58,848 nucleotides of DNA, from the NCBI GenBank assembly GCA_964436255.1, contig CAYTBW010000001.1, positions 87,163-146,010 of the forward strand, read 5' to 3'. The DNA comes from an uncultured Candidatus Saccharibacteria bacterium. GTDB taxonomy: Bacteria; Patescibacteriota; Saccharimonadia; CAILAD01; JADZBC01. A program made the position numbers and the translations under genes. Below, piece by piece: positions 38,726 to 47,681 of the stretch (position 1 is the first letter of the stretch; every line of letters begins with the position of its first letter). The notes beneath the pieces were generated by a model, which searched no databases, had not been told where the DNA came from, and worked only from the letters and a program-made list of their open reading frames with translations.

Positions 38726-39945
38726 GGCTGGTTAAGTATATTTTGCGCAAACCCAAGTCTAATTGGCTTGTTCCCCGGAATGTCAGCCGGCCTCTCAAAC
38801 TTTGTTAGGAATACATACGTGCATTCCTCGAGTGAAGAGCTCGCCAGAATTACATCAAGCGTATTAGCCTTATATGCATCATTGAGTTCAAACCATAGAA
38901 ACTCTAACTGGACACCCAGGTCACTTGCTGGCTTGCCCGCCGCTGTAGCATAGTTTTCAAGATTCGTCCTACGCCCAAATGTCCACTGCGCTAAGCCATA
39001 ACCCTTATCCTTACGTGTTACTCCCTTCTCTTCTATACCGGGATTAAAGCCTGACTCAGCTTGCAGGTTGCCCATAATCCCAGCGATTTGAATTGGCGTC
39101 AGCCCCTTGCCCTTTAAGAAGTTGAATACCTTCTCGGCATTATCGTTACCACTCAAGTCCGTACCACTCGATATTGCACTTGAGCAGGATGGCCCAGAGG
39201 CTGTTGCGGTGGAAGTTGAAACACCTGCGAGGCCATCAGCCACGGTCTTTGCAAAGCCAGCCTTCCCAGTTGCTGTGAACGGGTGTACCCCTAGCCCATC
39301 ATCAGATATAAAATTGGGGTTCTTACTAACCACAGAAGCCCAATCAACCATAGTAAAGCCCTCCACTGTGGCTGATTTCCCAAGCGCTTCGTTTATCGGA
39401 GCCGTGTTGATATCAGCCGCATCACGCTTGGCGTTATTCACTCCAATATTCACCCAATATATCTTTGCTCCTGGAGCACCTGCCTTAATCCCTGCAACCG
39501 CCTTGGTTACATTAGCGCTGGACACACCACTATTTGTACCAAGTGCGATTACCGCAACCTTGGCGTCAGCCATCCGCGCCTTGTCTGCTGCAATGACCGA
39601 CACGCCATCTAACTCACCACTCCCTTCACTAAGTCTGCGGCTAGACTTTCCATTAATCTGGATGTCGGTAAAGCCCTTTTGTTTAAAAGCAGCTGTCAGT
39701 TCCGTGTTTGTACCCTCGGTAATCGAGTCCCCTACCATATATATTTTTCCGGTTTGGATTTGTGAATAGTCGGATCCTTGCTCTGCAACACAACTACCTA
39801 GATCCGTTGGGTCGTAGAAGGTTCTTAGTTCTATGTCTTTTCGCTCACCAGCAGTGAAAGCAAGTGCTGGGGGATAGGCACCTAATAGCGCGATAAAGGC
39901 GTAAATAGAAAGAGCTAATATGCTCCTAAATTTAATACATTTCAT
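38713..39945 (-). CDS. Secreted SGNH/GDSL hydrolase fused to a phage-tail-type lysozyme domain
   Basis: Signal peptide. GDSL block I in IYMVGDSITEG. C-terminal IAGIMGNLQAESGFNP...GYGLAQWTFGRR matches the phage tail lysozyme (Phage_lysozyme2-type) motif. Confidence 0.75.
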   Translation of the reverse strand: MKCIKFRSILALSIYAFIALLGAYPPALAFTAGERKDIELRTFYDPTDLGSCVAEQGSDYSQIQTGKIYMVGDSITEGTNTELTAAFKQKGFTDIQINGKSSRRLSEGSGELDGVSVIAADKARMADAKVAVIALGTNSGVSSANVTKAVAGIKAGAPGAKIYWVNIGVNNAKRDAADINTAPINEALGKSATVEGFTMVDWASVVSKNPNFISDDGLGVHPFTATGKAGFAKTVADGLAGVSTSTATASGPSCSSAISSGTDLSGNDNAEKVFNFLKGKGLTPIQIAGIMGNLQAESGFNPGIEEKGVTRKDKGYGLAQWTFGRRTNLENYATAAGKPASDLGVQLEFLWFELNDAYKANTLDVILASSSLEECTYVFLTKFERPADIPGNKPIRLGFAQNILNQPWAK

Positions 39946-40544
39946 AATTGCCTCTCTAGGTAATCATACACCTTCTTGGGCATCAGTTTGTCTACAGCCT
40001 GGTCGTCTAAAAATTCAGGGGCTGGCCCGGCCACAAGCCGCCATTTGCCACTAGACTTAGTAAATACAGCATAAAGGTCGGGTAGGTCAGACTGGTCGAT
40101 ATCGAACTGAACTACCTCCGCAACCGCCCATTTCCCGCCTTCCAAATAGGTTGGTTCTTTTACTTTATATTCAATCCCCGCTTGGTTTACAGATTTAGGT
40201 AGAGCCGCTGTAAGCGCGTCCGAAAGCTTTACCCTGAGCGGGACTTTTACCGAACTAGTCTCACTCGCATTAATGACTTTGTAGTATGTTTCGAAGCCAG
40301 CCTTCTCCACCTTGAGTTGGTAATCTTTAGCACGAAGCGCTAAGGATAGCTTATTACTGCTAACTGAGTACATCTTGCCGTTTAGGGTTAATGTCGTATT
40401 ATTCTCGGACATCAGGAAGGTGATTCTTTTTGACGTTGCTTGATATATGCCAAACCCTAGGAATACCAGGATAAAACTAATAACCAAGATAGAAATGAGT
40501 CTATTTTTTCGTAAGTAGGCTAAGATATCCTTCACCTCGGACAC
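39942..40544 (-). CDS. Membrane-anchored PEGA-domain protein
   Basis: TM (LISILVISFILVFLGFGIY), then TLNGKMYSV...YQLKVEKAGFETYYKVI (PEGA-like). The start is uncertain: GTG at 40544 or 40535, overlapping the upstream TGA. The track start 40613 lies inside the upstream gene. Confidence 0.5.
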   Translation of the reverse strand: MSEVKDILAYLRKNRLISILVISFILVFLGFGIYQATSKRITFLMSENNTTLTLNGKMYSVSSNKLSLALRAKDYQLKVEKAGFETYYKVINASETSSVKVPLRVKLSDALTAALPKSVNQAGIEYKVKEPTYLEGGKWAVAEVVQFDIDQSDLPDLYAVFTKSSGKWRLVAGPAPEFLDDQAVDKLMPKKVYDYLERQL

Positions 40545-43500
40545 CCTAAGCTTTCCGGCTGTACATACTCGTCGGATATTCTCACATGGAAATGGGTATC
40601 GTGCCCAGCCCAATATTTCATGACCCCCGGCTTACCTACAGATTTGGCATACTCGTTCACTGCCGTCTGTACCGCAGTGTCGTTGTGTAGAATCATCTTA
40701 ATAATGCCCGTGTCAATAAACCACTTGCCTAGTTGAATTGACTTGTTTCTATCGCCACTCACGTTTGCAGCAGAGCGGTCGGTAACGGTAATATCCACAT
40801 CTACACCTTTTTTGTGACTAACGTGGCCACTTCCTGCATTGAGGTCTCCAATACGCAGCGTACTACCTGGGTAAGTCTTCGCCCATTGTTGGGCCACCGT
40901 ATAGATTGTTCCAACTAATTCCTTGCTACCACAGCGGTCATTGCCAGAGAATACGTACAAACCAGCCGGATCACTTTCGGGCATGGTGTAATACCCCGTC
41001 CCATTGATGGCACCAGCCAGGTTTGGGGGATATGTAATTCCCTCTACAGTTGGACCGGATGCTGCTCCAGCTGAAGTCCCACCAGATGATTTGGCATATA
41101 TGCTGTCGTCTGGCTCGTCACTGCTTAGTCTGGCCCAAGCCCCGTACAAGTTGCGATGACCTTTATATATGGCATACTTCTTTGCCAGTGCCTTTTCTGT
41201 AGTTGGGCTCAACGCAGCGAGACGGATATTTGCTTTGGGGAGGTTGTATTTTGCAGATGATATGGAGTAGGCGCTGGCAAGGGTCCTGCCAACATTACTT
41301 TGCCGCATCATCTGGCATGCTTTGTCCTGCGATTCATCAAGAGTTTCCATGTCTGGGTAATATGTTTCCATACACTTATCCCAAGCTGCAAATGATGCAG
41401 CTACAGACTTTATAGTTTCGTCGTTCGCATAGGCAGGGTCCGCAACCTTCTTCTTTAAAGCCTCTATATAGCGAGCATTCTGAATTGCATCTTCAGTCTG
41501 TGGCACCCCTGCAGTGTCGATCTTCCAATACTCTCTGTCATCATCTCCCGCTGCAATAGCCTTGTTGCTCTCGCCGTAGCCAACATATGCAATAGCAGAG
41601 TTAATCTCCGCAAAAGCGCGGATTGGGTTGAGCATATTTACTGCATACCGAGTAGTCTTTTCTGCTACCTGCGTGGGTGTTGCTGTGGACTCAGCGGCCA
41701 TACGACTTGCTATCGACCTCGGATTGTCGGTATTAAGTAGTCTGAACGCTATACCATTAGTTCTGTCTCGATTACGTTTTAGGCTTTCTACATCTAAGCT
41801 CGCCTTGTTTCCTTCTGCGGCAGTTTCGTATGATCCGCCAAACAGACTAAAGGTGTAATCATAGGTTGAGGATTTTGCCCCAACCGTCATACGATTGAAA
41901 TTATCAGGACCGTCCTCCACACCGCTATTGCTAGCGTTGGATGTAACCTTGATAGTTCTAACTATTATGTCTTCAAGCGTCACTTTATCGGCTGATGAAT
42001 AGTACTGGGAGTTGTTCTTTTGAATATCTCGTTTTAGGTATGTAAGCGCATCATCGATGTCTTTCGAAATATCCTCCTTGGAAGGCCCTCCACCTCCGAA
42101 TAGACCGCTGAAGAAATCGCTAAAACTGCCGAAACCCCCATCATCTAGATTGTCTTGCTTACTACAGAGGCTTGTGAGCGAGTTCTTAATCCTGCCCTGA
42201 TCCTCTAGTTCCTCGAAATAGTTCTTAGTAAGCCCAAGCACTCTAGTAGGGATCGCCTCAGGGTCTATCTGTACCCCGGCAGACGAACCATTGATCTCTT
42301 GATTGTAGGCGCGTGAGGTAGAGAAATTATTGATTTTATACATATCGCCGTTTAGCTCGTCAGTAGATATCTCCCCGGCTACACCAGTATCGGCTAAAGT
42401 AAGAGCTTGGAATCCTGCTCGAGCAGAAGACTTAGCTCGATTTTGTTTATATTTCTTTACAGCATCTTTATCCTCGTTTAGTTTTTTGTAGAATACACAT
42501 GCAGCCTTAGTGTATTGGATCAGCCTTTTTTCGTATTTGGCTGAGTCGGTGTCAAGTGATTTTGGAATCTCCTCTACTTTATAGTCAACATCAATTTTCT
42601 CTGGCTGAGTACCGCATGAAAGATCATTTATAACTTTCTTTATACTTCTGTCTACCTTCGAGCCGGTCGGCCGGAAGTCTTTTATGCATTCTGTACTATT
42701 GCCATACGGACTATCCGGATTACTCCAGAGTCTCGTAAGAGATTTTTTATGAAGAGCCTCCTTAACCTCTTTCTTGTCCTTACCTTTCAATACCTCAGAA
42801 TCTTTCTTTTCAGCATAATTAAGGTTTACTTGCTTCTGCTGATTTATCTTACGCGCTTCTGGACTACGCATCATGGCTTCCATTACCGGATATTGCTCTA
42901 ATATGCAGGAATAAACACCAGGCGCCTTCATGTCTGCTGTTCTACCCTCTTTATCGACGACTTTATCTATCACACTGCGTCTTTGCCCGTCGTAAGACAC
43001 GACGGGCTTCGTAATTACTTTGTACTCGCAGTAACTTGATTTGAATTTGTTTCGAGATTTTTCATAATCTATTTTCGAGATAGTCTCTTCCAAAGAGCCG
43101 GGCTCCGGTTTTTGTCCTGGAGGGGCGGCAAGTGCGGCGCCTGGCTTGTAGTCTACTTCATACGGCATAGCACCAGTGATATAAGCGAGTGACTCACGAC
43201 TACTGCCTTCGCCAGCAGCTAGTCCGGCAGCGCTAAGCGCAAACCTGCGAAAACTCGAATCAGTAATCACCTTTTTAACGGCATCCCAAGGGTGGGTGGC
43301 GACATAAAAAAATACAAGAATAGGGATAGAGAGGAGAAGCAGGATTGCAAAACAGCCCAGTCCGCAGCCAACGCTAACCTTCTTTACGTCTACTCTTTTT
43401 ACAACCTCTTCAACCGCATCGCCAGCAGCTTTACCAACTGTAGCCCCGACACCTGTTGAGTCTAGGGCAGCTTGTGTACCTACATTAGCTGCCTTACCGG

Positions 43501-43819
43501 CCGCCGCCCTGGCTTGTTTTTCGGCCGCTCCTTGATCCTCTGGCCTTACAGTGCCGGGGGCATGATCCAAGGCCTTATTGGTGGCTTTTTTTGTGCCCGC
43601 CGAAACAGGGTCCGCAGATTTTGGCCCTTTTGAGCCGGGGGTGTGTCCTCCACTTCCAGCTTGACCTACGGGGGACTTTGGGAGATCTGATGCTTCGCGT
43701 AAGTTGCCGCTTCGTCCGGGTTTTACTGGTGCATCGTCGCGCACACGATTAGACATGTTGCTACTGGAGTTCGTCACACTCCCTGGCGTGTCATCATTTA
43801 ACTTGGCAGGACTTGCCAT
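40532..43819 (-). CDS. 1095-aa single-pass membrane protein with C-terminal LAS-type (MepA/M74- or M15-like) zinc peptidoglycan peptidase
   Basis: About 140 aa of Gly/Ala/Lys/Pro-rich N-terminal tail, one TM (CGLGCFAILLLLSIPILVFFYV), and about 750 aa of unassigned ectodomain. The C-terminus has GSGHVSHKKGVDVDI (H..D) and GHDTHFHVRI (HxH), ending LGCPR. Confidence 0.75.
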   Translation of the reverse strand: MASPAKLNDDTPGSVTNSSSNMSNRVRDDAPVKPGRSGNLREASDLPKSPVGQAGSGGHTPGSKGPKSADPVSAGTKKATNKALDHAPGTVRPEDQGAAEKQARAAAGKAANVGTQAALDSTGVGATVGKAAGDAVEEVVKRVDVKKVSVGCGLGCFAILLLLSIPILVFFYVATHPWDAVKKVITDSSFRRFALSAAGLAAGEGSSRESLAYITGAMPYEVDYKPGAALAAPPGQKPEPGSLEETISKIDYEKSRNKFKSSYCEYKVITKPVVSYDGQRRSVIDKVVDKEGRTADMKAPGVYSCILEQYPVMEAMMRSPEARKINQQKQVNLNYAEKKDSEVLKGKDKKEVKEALHKKSLTRLWSNPDSPYGNSTECIKDFRPTGSKVDRSIKKVINDLSCGTQPEKIDVDYKVEEIPKSLDTDSAKYEKRLIQYTKAACVFYKKLNEDKDAVKKYKQNRAKSSARAGFQALTLADTGVAGEISTDELNGDMYKINNFSTSRAYNQEINGSSAGVQIDPEAIPTRVLGLTKNYFEELEDQGRIKNSLTSLCSKQDNLDDGGFGSFSDFFSGLFGGGGPSKEDISKDIDDALTYLKRDIQKNNSQYYSSADKVTLEDIIVRTIKVTSNASNSGVEDGPDNFNRMTVGAKSSTYDYTFSLFGGSYETAAEGNKASLDVESLKRNRDRTNGIAFRLLNTDNPRSIASRMAAESTATPTQVAEKTTRYAVNMLNPIRAFAEINSAIAYVGYGESNKAIAAGDDDREYWKIDTAGVPQTEDAIQNARYIEALKKKVADPAYANDETIKSVAASFAAWDKCMETYYPDMETLDESQDKACQMMRQSNVGRTLASAYSISSAKYNLPKANIRLAALSPTTEKALAKKYAIYKGHRNLYGAWARLSSDEPDDSIYAKSSGGTSAGAASGPTVEGITYPPNLAGAINGTGYYTMPESDPAGLYVFSGNDRCGSKELVGTIYTVAQQWAKTYPGSTLRIGDLNAGSGHVSHKKGVDVDITVTDRSAANVSGDRNKSIQLGKWFIDTGIIKMILHNDTAVQTAVNEYAKSVGKPGVMKYWAGHDTHFHVRISDEYVQPESLGCPR

Positions 43820-43863
43820 GTGGGTTCGTTGCTCCTATTTGGTATTAGTGTAATTATACCGTA

Positions 43864-45756
43864 CTACGCTTGAGTTGTGTTGGCAGGTATTACAGGTGTA
43901 GTCTGTGCCTCTGGTGGCAACGCGGCTACATTAGCATCTACGGCGTCTTGCTGGGCCCGCTGCTGGTCGAGCATATGTTGAGGGTTCGTACTGATCAGCT
44001 GGGTTTCCATTGGTGAGGCCAATATGCGCAATATAATATGGCTTAGTCCGGCAAAGAATAGCCCCTCACCTACTGGAAACTGGCTAAGTCTGCTGCTTTC
44101 TTCACTTGTTAGCTTAAAGGTGTCGGCTACGATGTCGACTGCAGCAGGGTTCTGCTTGAGCAGAAGCTGTAAGGACGAGTTATTTACGATTGCACGGCCT
44201 AGTCGTGTGCTAAGGAAGTCTTCTACGTCCTGGGAGATTGTAGTGAGCCCCAGGAAGTATTTACGGGCTCTTTTTGCGATCGAGAACAAGAACATGGCAG
44301 AGTCCTGGTACTGCATGAGCTGCCACGCTTCGTCTACTACCAGTATTCTCTTACGGCGATCTGTTTTTACTCGATTCCATATGTAGTTCAGTACAATGTA
44401 CATTCCAATAGGCCGCAGTTCGTCTTCTAGGTCACGAATGTTAAATACAACGAACCGATTATTAAGCTGCACGTTTGATTGTTGTGAAAAGATTCCCGAG
44501 AATGTTCCTTCAGTAAAACGGCGCAAGCGAGCAGCGAGTCCCTGGCCAGTGCCCGGCATACTAAGGAGCTCATTGTATAGGTCGGCCATTACCGGCGGCT
44601 GCGCACGGTGGGTCAGCGGGTCATTTGTGATCCCCTTTTTGGCATAGGTGTTGATCAGCGCTATGTCCATGTCGGCTTCTTCTGTAGGGCTCATGTCTCC
44701 AGCCATGAGCCGCAGCAGGCCGTGAAGCATTATGATGTTTGCTCTAAGTGCGTTATCAGCTTCCTCTGGATCTACAGTCTGAGGCAGGTCGAACGGATTA
44801 ACTCGAGTATTGCTTGCGAGTGAAAGGTGTAGGTAACTGCCCCCCACTGCATCACAAAGAGTCTTATACTCGTTCTCTGGGTCAATTATTACGACCTCCG
44901 TACCCATCATGAGTGAGCGCAAGCATTCTAGCTTAACTGCGAAACTCTTTCCTGCACCAGATTTTGCGAATACTGTCATGTTGGCGTTTTCTAAACTGAA
45001 TCGATCAAATATGACCAGACCGTTGTTGTGACGGTTGATGCCATACATAATCCCGTCTTCTTGGCTGAGCTCGGCCGTGGTGAACGGGAAGGTAGAGCTT
45101 AGTGCTCCAGTGTTCATATTTCGATAGACATTTAACTGGTCAAGACCCATGGGGATGGTGGAGTTAAAACCTTGTTCCATTTGGATAGTGGCCGGTTTTG
45201 TGTAGATGAGGCTTTGGCCCAACATGCTTTCAATCTTCTTGCCCACCAGGTTGAGTTCATCTAGATCCTTACCATAAATGGTAATGTATAGGCCAAGTCG
45301 GAAAAAGCGATCAGACCCAACTTGCAGGCTGTCACGTAATTCCTCCGCATCCTGAATAGCTGCTTCGAGTCCTGGGTCTCGAACTTTGCCCTTTTCTTGA
45401 TTGATCGTGTAGTTCGCCTCTAACTGACCTACCTTCTTCTTTAGATTGTCGAGCACAATCTTACTTTCAACCGGAATGATGTTTAAGCTGATGTCTATAA
45501 TCTCATCAATGTTAATAAGTGGTGAGAGCCAGCCGGTATAAAGTGTACGGGGGTAGCCGAACACAAACAGCGTGCGGGCAAGACGCTTCCCTATTTTTAT
45601 GTGGTCGTTCACGATTTCGATGGATGAAGGGGCAATTATGTCTCGAAGACTCACTACACCTTCCCGGTATATCTTTTCGGCCTCAGCTTGCATAGCTGCC
45701 CGTCGGTCGATTTCTGCTTGGACCTTAGGGTCGATCCGAGGTTGCTTAACGGCCAT
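43864..45756 (-). CDS. virB4: VirB4/TrbE-type type IV secretion ATPase
   Basis: 630 aa. Walker A FAKSGAGKSF, Walker B ILVVDEAW, and the N-terminal VirB4-type domain (LFVFGYPRTLYTGWLSPL). Confidence 0.9.
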   Translation of the reverse strand: MAVKQPRIDPKVQAEIDRRAAMQAEAEKIYREGVVSLRDIIAPSSIEIVNDHIKIGKRLARTLFVFGYPRTLYTGWLSPLINIDEIIDISLNIIPVESKIVLDNLKKKVGQLEANYTINQEKGKVRDPGLEAAIQDAEELRDSLQVGSDRFFRLGLYITIYGKDLDELNLVGKKIESMLGQSLIYTKPATIQMEQGFNSTIPMGLDQLNVYRNMNTGALSSTFPFTTAELSQEDGIMYGINRHNNGLVIFDRFSLENANMTVFAKSGAGKSFAVKLECLRSLMMGTEVVIIDPENEYKTLCDAVGGSYLHLSLASNTRVNPFDLPQTVDPEEADNALRANIIMLHGLLRLMAGDMSPTEEADMDIALINTYAKKGITNDPLTHRAQPPVMADLYNELLSMPGTGQGLAARLRRFTEGTFSGIFSQQSNVQLNNRFVVFNIRDLEDELRPIGMYIVLNYIWNRVKTDRRKRILVVDEAWQLMQYQDSAMFLFSIAKRARKYFLGLTTISQDVEDFLSTRLGRAIVNNSSLQLLLKQNPAAVDIVADTFKLTSEESSRLSQFPVGEGLFFAGLSHIILRILASPMETQLISTNPQHMLDQQRAQQDAVDANVAALPPEAQTTPVIPANTTQA

Positions 45757-46805
45757 TATTGAGTACCTCCTTGAGGTGGTTGCTGTGGCGCTACCACTGG
45801 CCTAGGTATTTGAACTGCCTGACCGGGCTGGGCTTGTTGCTGGGGCTGTGGGGGCACAGCTGCCGGCGCAGTTTGCTGTTGCACCTGCGGTGCCGGCGCA
45901 GTCAAAGGTGTCACGGAAGCGGCTGGAGGCCGAACTGCCGCTGCAGGCTGGGTCTGCTGGGTGCTGACTACCGGCGCTGTTCTGCGCGCAGCCGCAAACA
46001 TGTCTTCGGGCTCGGCAACTTTTTGGGCTGGACCGTGCGGCGCAAGGGGCTCTCCGCGGCGGCCGACAACAGGCGCACTCAGTTCGTCCATACCTACGAG
46101 CGGTTGGTTTTGGGCCTCATCAATATTATACGATCCGTAGTAGAGCTCAATAAGCTCTTGAGTGGTTAGAACAGCCGCGCGAACGCCTATTTGAGCCAAG
46201 CCCTGAGCGACGATGTTGGTTCGCTGAATAAGGTCTCGTTTATGCTTCTCAAAGTCTTCGCTACTCTCGATTACGTCTTCGCTTTGCTTCATGAGTCCAG
46301 TTATCTTGCTTATTATATTATCTTTACTGACTGCTTGAATGTAGTAAGGAATTACAACGTAGAACGATTTCGACATGATGTTCACGTCTTCCAGGAGTCC
46401 ACGGATATTGAATATATAGTCTTCCATAAGCCCGGCCAAGAGTTGGTTTCCTTGTTCTGCCTGCAATCCCTCGAGGCGGCCAAGATAGTTGTCTAGATCA
46501 ATTTTGCGTGAACGAATAATGATTTGCACTGGAAAGTGCAGACCGTTCAGGAAGCCCTGGTAGGCGTACTCTATGGCGCTTTGCTCCCTTGAGCTTTTTA
46601 AGTCAAAGTTCACGGCCGATGCCATAATTACCATGCGCAATGATCCGTCACGCATAACTACAATGTTGTCGCGGATTTCCGAGAACATTAAATGGTTTTG
46701 AGTGCTTGTGCGTTGATCCTTAGCATTTTTGGGCGGCGTTACAGAGGCCAAGGCTTGTCGCTGTTGGTCGGTAATTTGTGGATTGGGTTGAGACGGCTGA
46801 GCCAT
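45756..46805 (-). CDS. T4SS-associated protein resembling the VirB4 N-terminal domain, with Pro/Gln-rich tail (no ATPase motifs)
   Basis: 349 aa. IRDNIVVMRDGSLRMVIMASAVNFDL...FLNGLHFPVQIIIRSRKIDLDNYL parallels the N-domain pattern of the adjacent VirB4. TAATG overlap with virB4. The C-terminal ~85 aa are P/Q/A-rich. Confidence 0.45.
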   Translation of the reverse strand: MAQPSQPNPQITDQQRQALASVTPPKNAKDQRTSTQNHLMFSEIRDNIVVMRDGSLRMVIMASAVNFDLKSSREQSAIEYAYQGFLNGLHFPVQIIIRSRKIDLDNYLGRLEGLQAEQGNQLLAGLMEDYIFNIRGLLEDVNIMSKSFYVVIPYYIQAVSKDNIISKITGLMKQSEDVIESSEDFEKHKRDLIQRTNIVAQGLAQIGVRAAVLTTQELIELYYGSYNIDEAQNQPLVGMDELSAPVVGRRGEPLAPHGPAQKVAEPEDMFAAARRTAPVVSTQQTQPAAAVRPPAASVTPLTAPAPQVQQQTAPAAVPPQPQQQAQPGQAVQIPRPVVAPQQPPQGGTQ

Positions 46806-46847
46806 AGATACAATTACACCCGGTGTATTATTTGCTGGATAGGTGGA

Positions 46848-47681
46848 CTAGCGAATTTGCGTGCTCTGTCCTTGCTGTAGAATGTTCTGGGGACTAACCT
46901 GGTTAGCTAGTTGCTGTACAGATACAACACCACTGCTCTGAGCAGCTCTTTGTAGTATAGCATTTTGGGTGGCTGGTTGCGAAGGTGCTTGTGCTTGAGC
47001 AACAGGTTGGCCTGAAGGCGCAGTTGCAGCTTTTTGCATGTTCGCTATGGCTTGTGCTTTTACATTTGCCCCGCTCGTGGTCAACATCTCTCCTACCGCA
47101 ACTGCCTGAGGATTGTGCTGCATGTCTAACATATCGGCTCTAGGCGCAGTTACTTTATTGGCAATAATTTCGGAGGCGACTTGAGTAGCCTCTGGGGTTA
47201 CCACGCGATTGCTTAGAGCACTGCCGGCTACATTGGCATCTGCCGACTGCAGTTCCTCGCCCTTTGGTATGCGTCCCCGACTATCCACTATAGTTGCAAG
47301 TTTGCGCAGCTCGCCGCGGACCTCCGTAGCACTTGGCATTACTACTTCCTCTGTCTCCGGCTTCTTTACTTCCTCGCGCACCACGACTTTGGACTGGTCC
47401 TTAAGCCAACTGCGTTTGCGCGGTACTATGGCAAAGCGAATCATGGCTATGAAGTACGTTTCGAAGCTTTGGCCCTCGCGGCGGATTAACCCAAGTGCAA
47501 GCAACGGTCCAGAAACTGGCAGCATGAAGAGTAGTGCTATTGGCGGTGCTACTGCAAGCACCCGCCAGCATATAAAACCCCACCCTATAGCTATAACGAC
47601 ATATATGAACTGCTTGATCGTCAGTGGGCCCAGGATAGTATCTTCGGCTTCTACATTTTGCGGTACTTTATACTGGCCCAT
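46848..47681 (-). CDS. PrgI family (VirB3-like) T4SS membrane protein with long Gln/Ala-rich tail
   Basis: YKVPQNVEAEDTILGPLTIKQFIYVVIAIGWGF followed by a second TM, as in PrgI/VirB3-like proteins. TAATG overlap with the upstream gene. Confidence 0.7.
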   Translation of the reverse strand: MGQYKVPQNVEAEDTILGPLTIKQFIYVVIAIGWGFICWRVLAVAPPIALLFMLPVSGPLLALGLIRREGQSFETYFIAMIRFAIVPRKRSWLKDQSKVVVREEVKKPETEEVVMPSATEVRGELRKLATIVDSRGRIPKGEELQSADANVAGSALSNRVVTPEATQVASEIIANKVTAPRADMLDMQHNPQAVAVGEMLTTSGANVKAQAIANMQKAATAPSGQPVAQAQAPSQPATQNAILQRAAQSSGVVSVQQLANQVSPQNILQQGQSTQIR

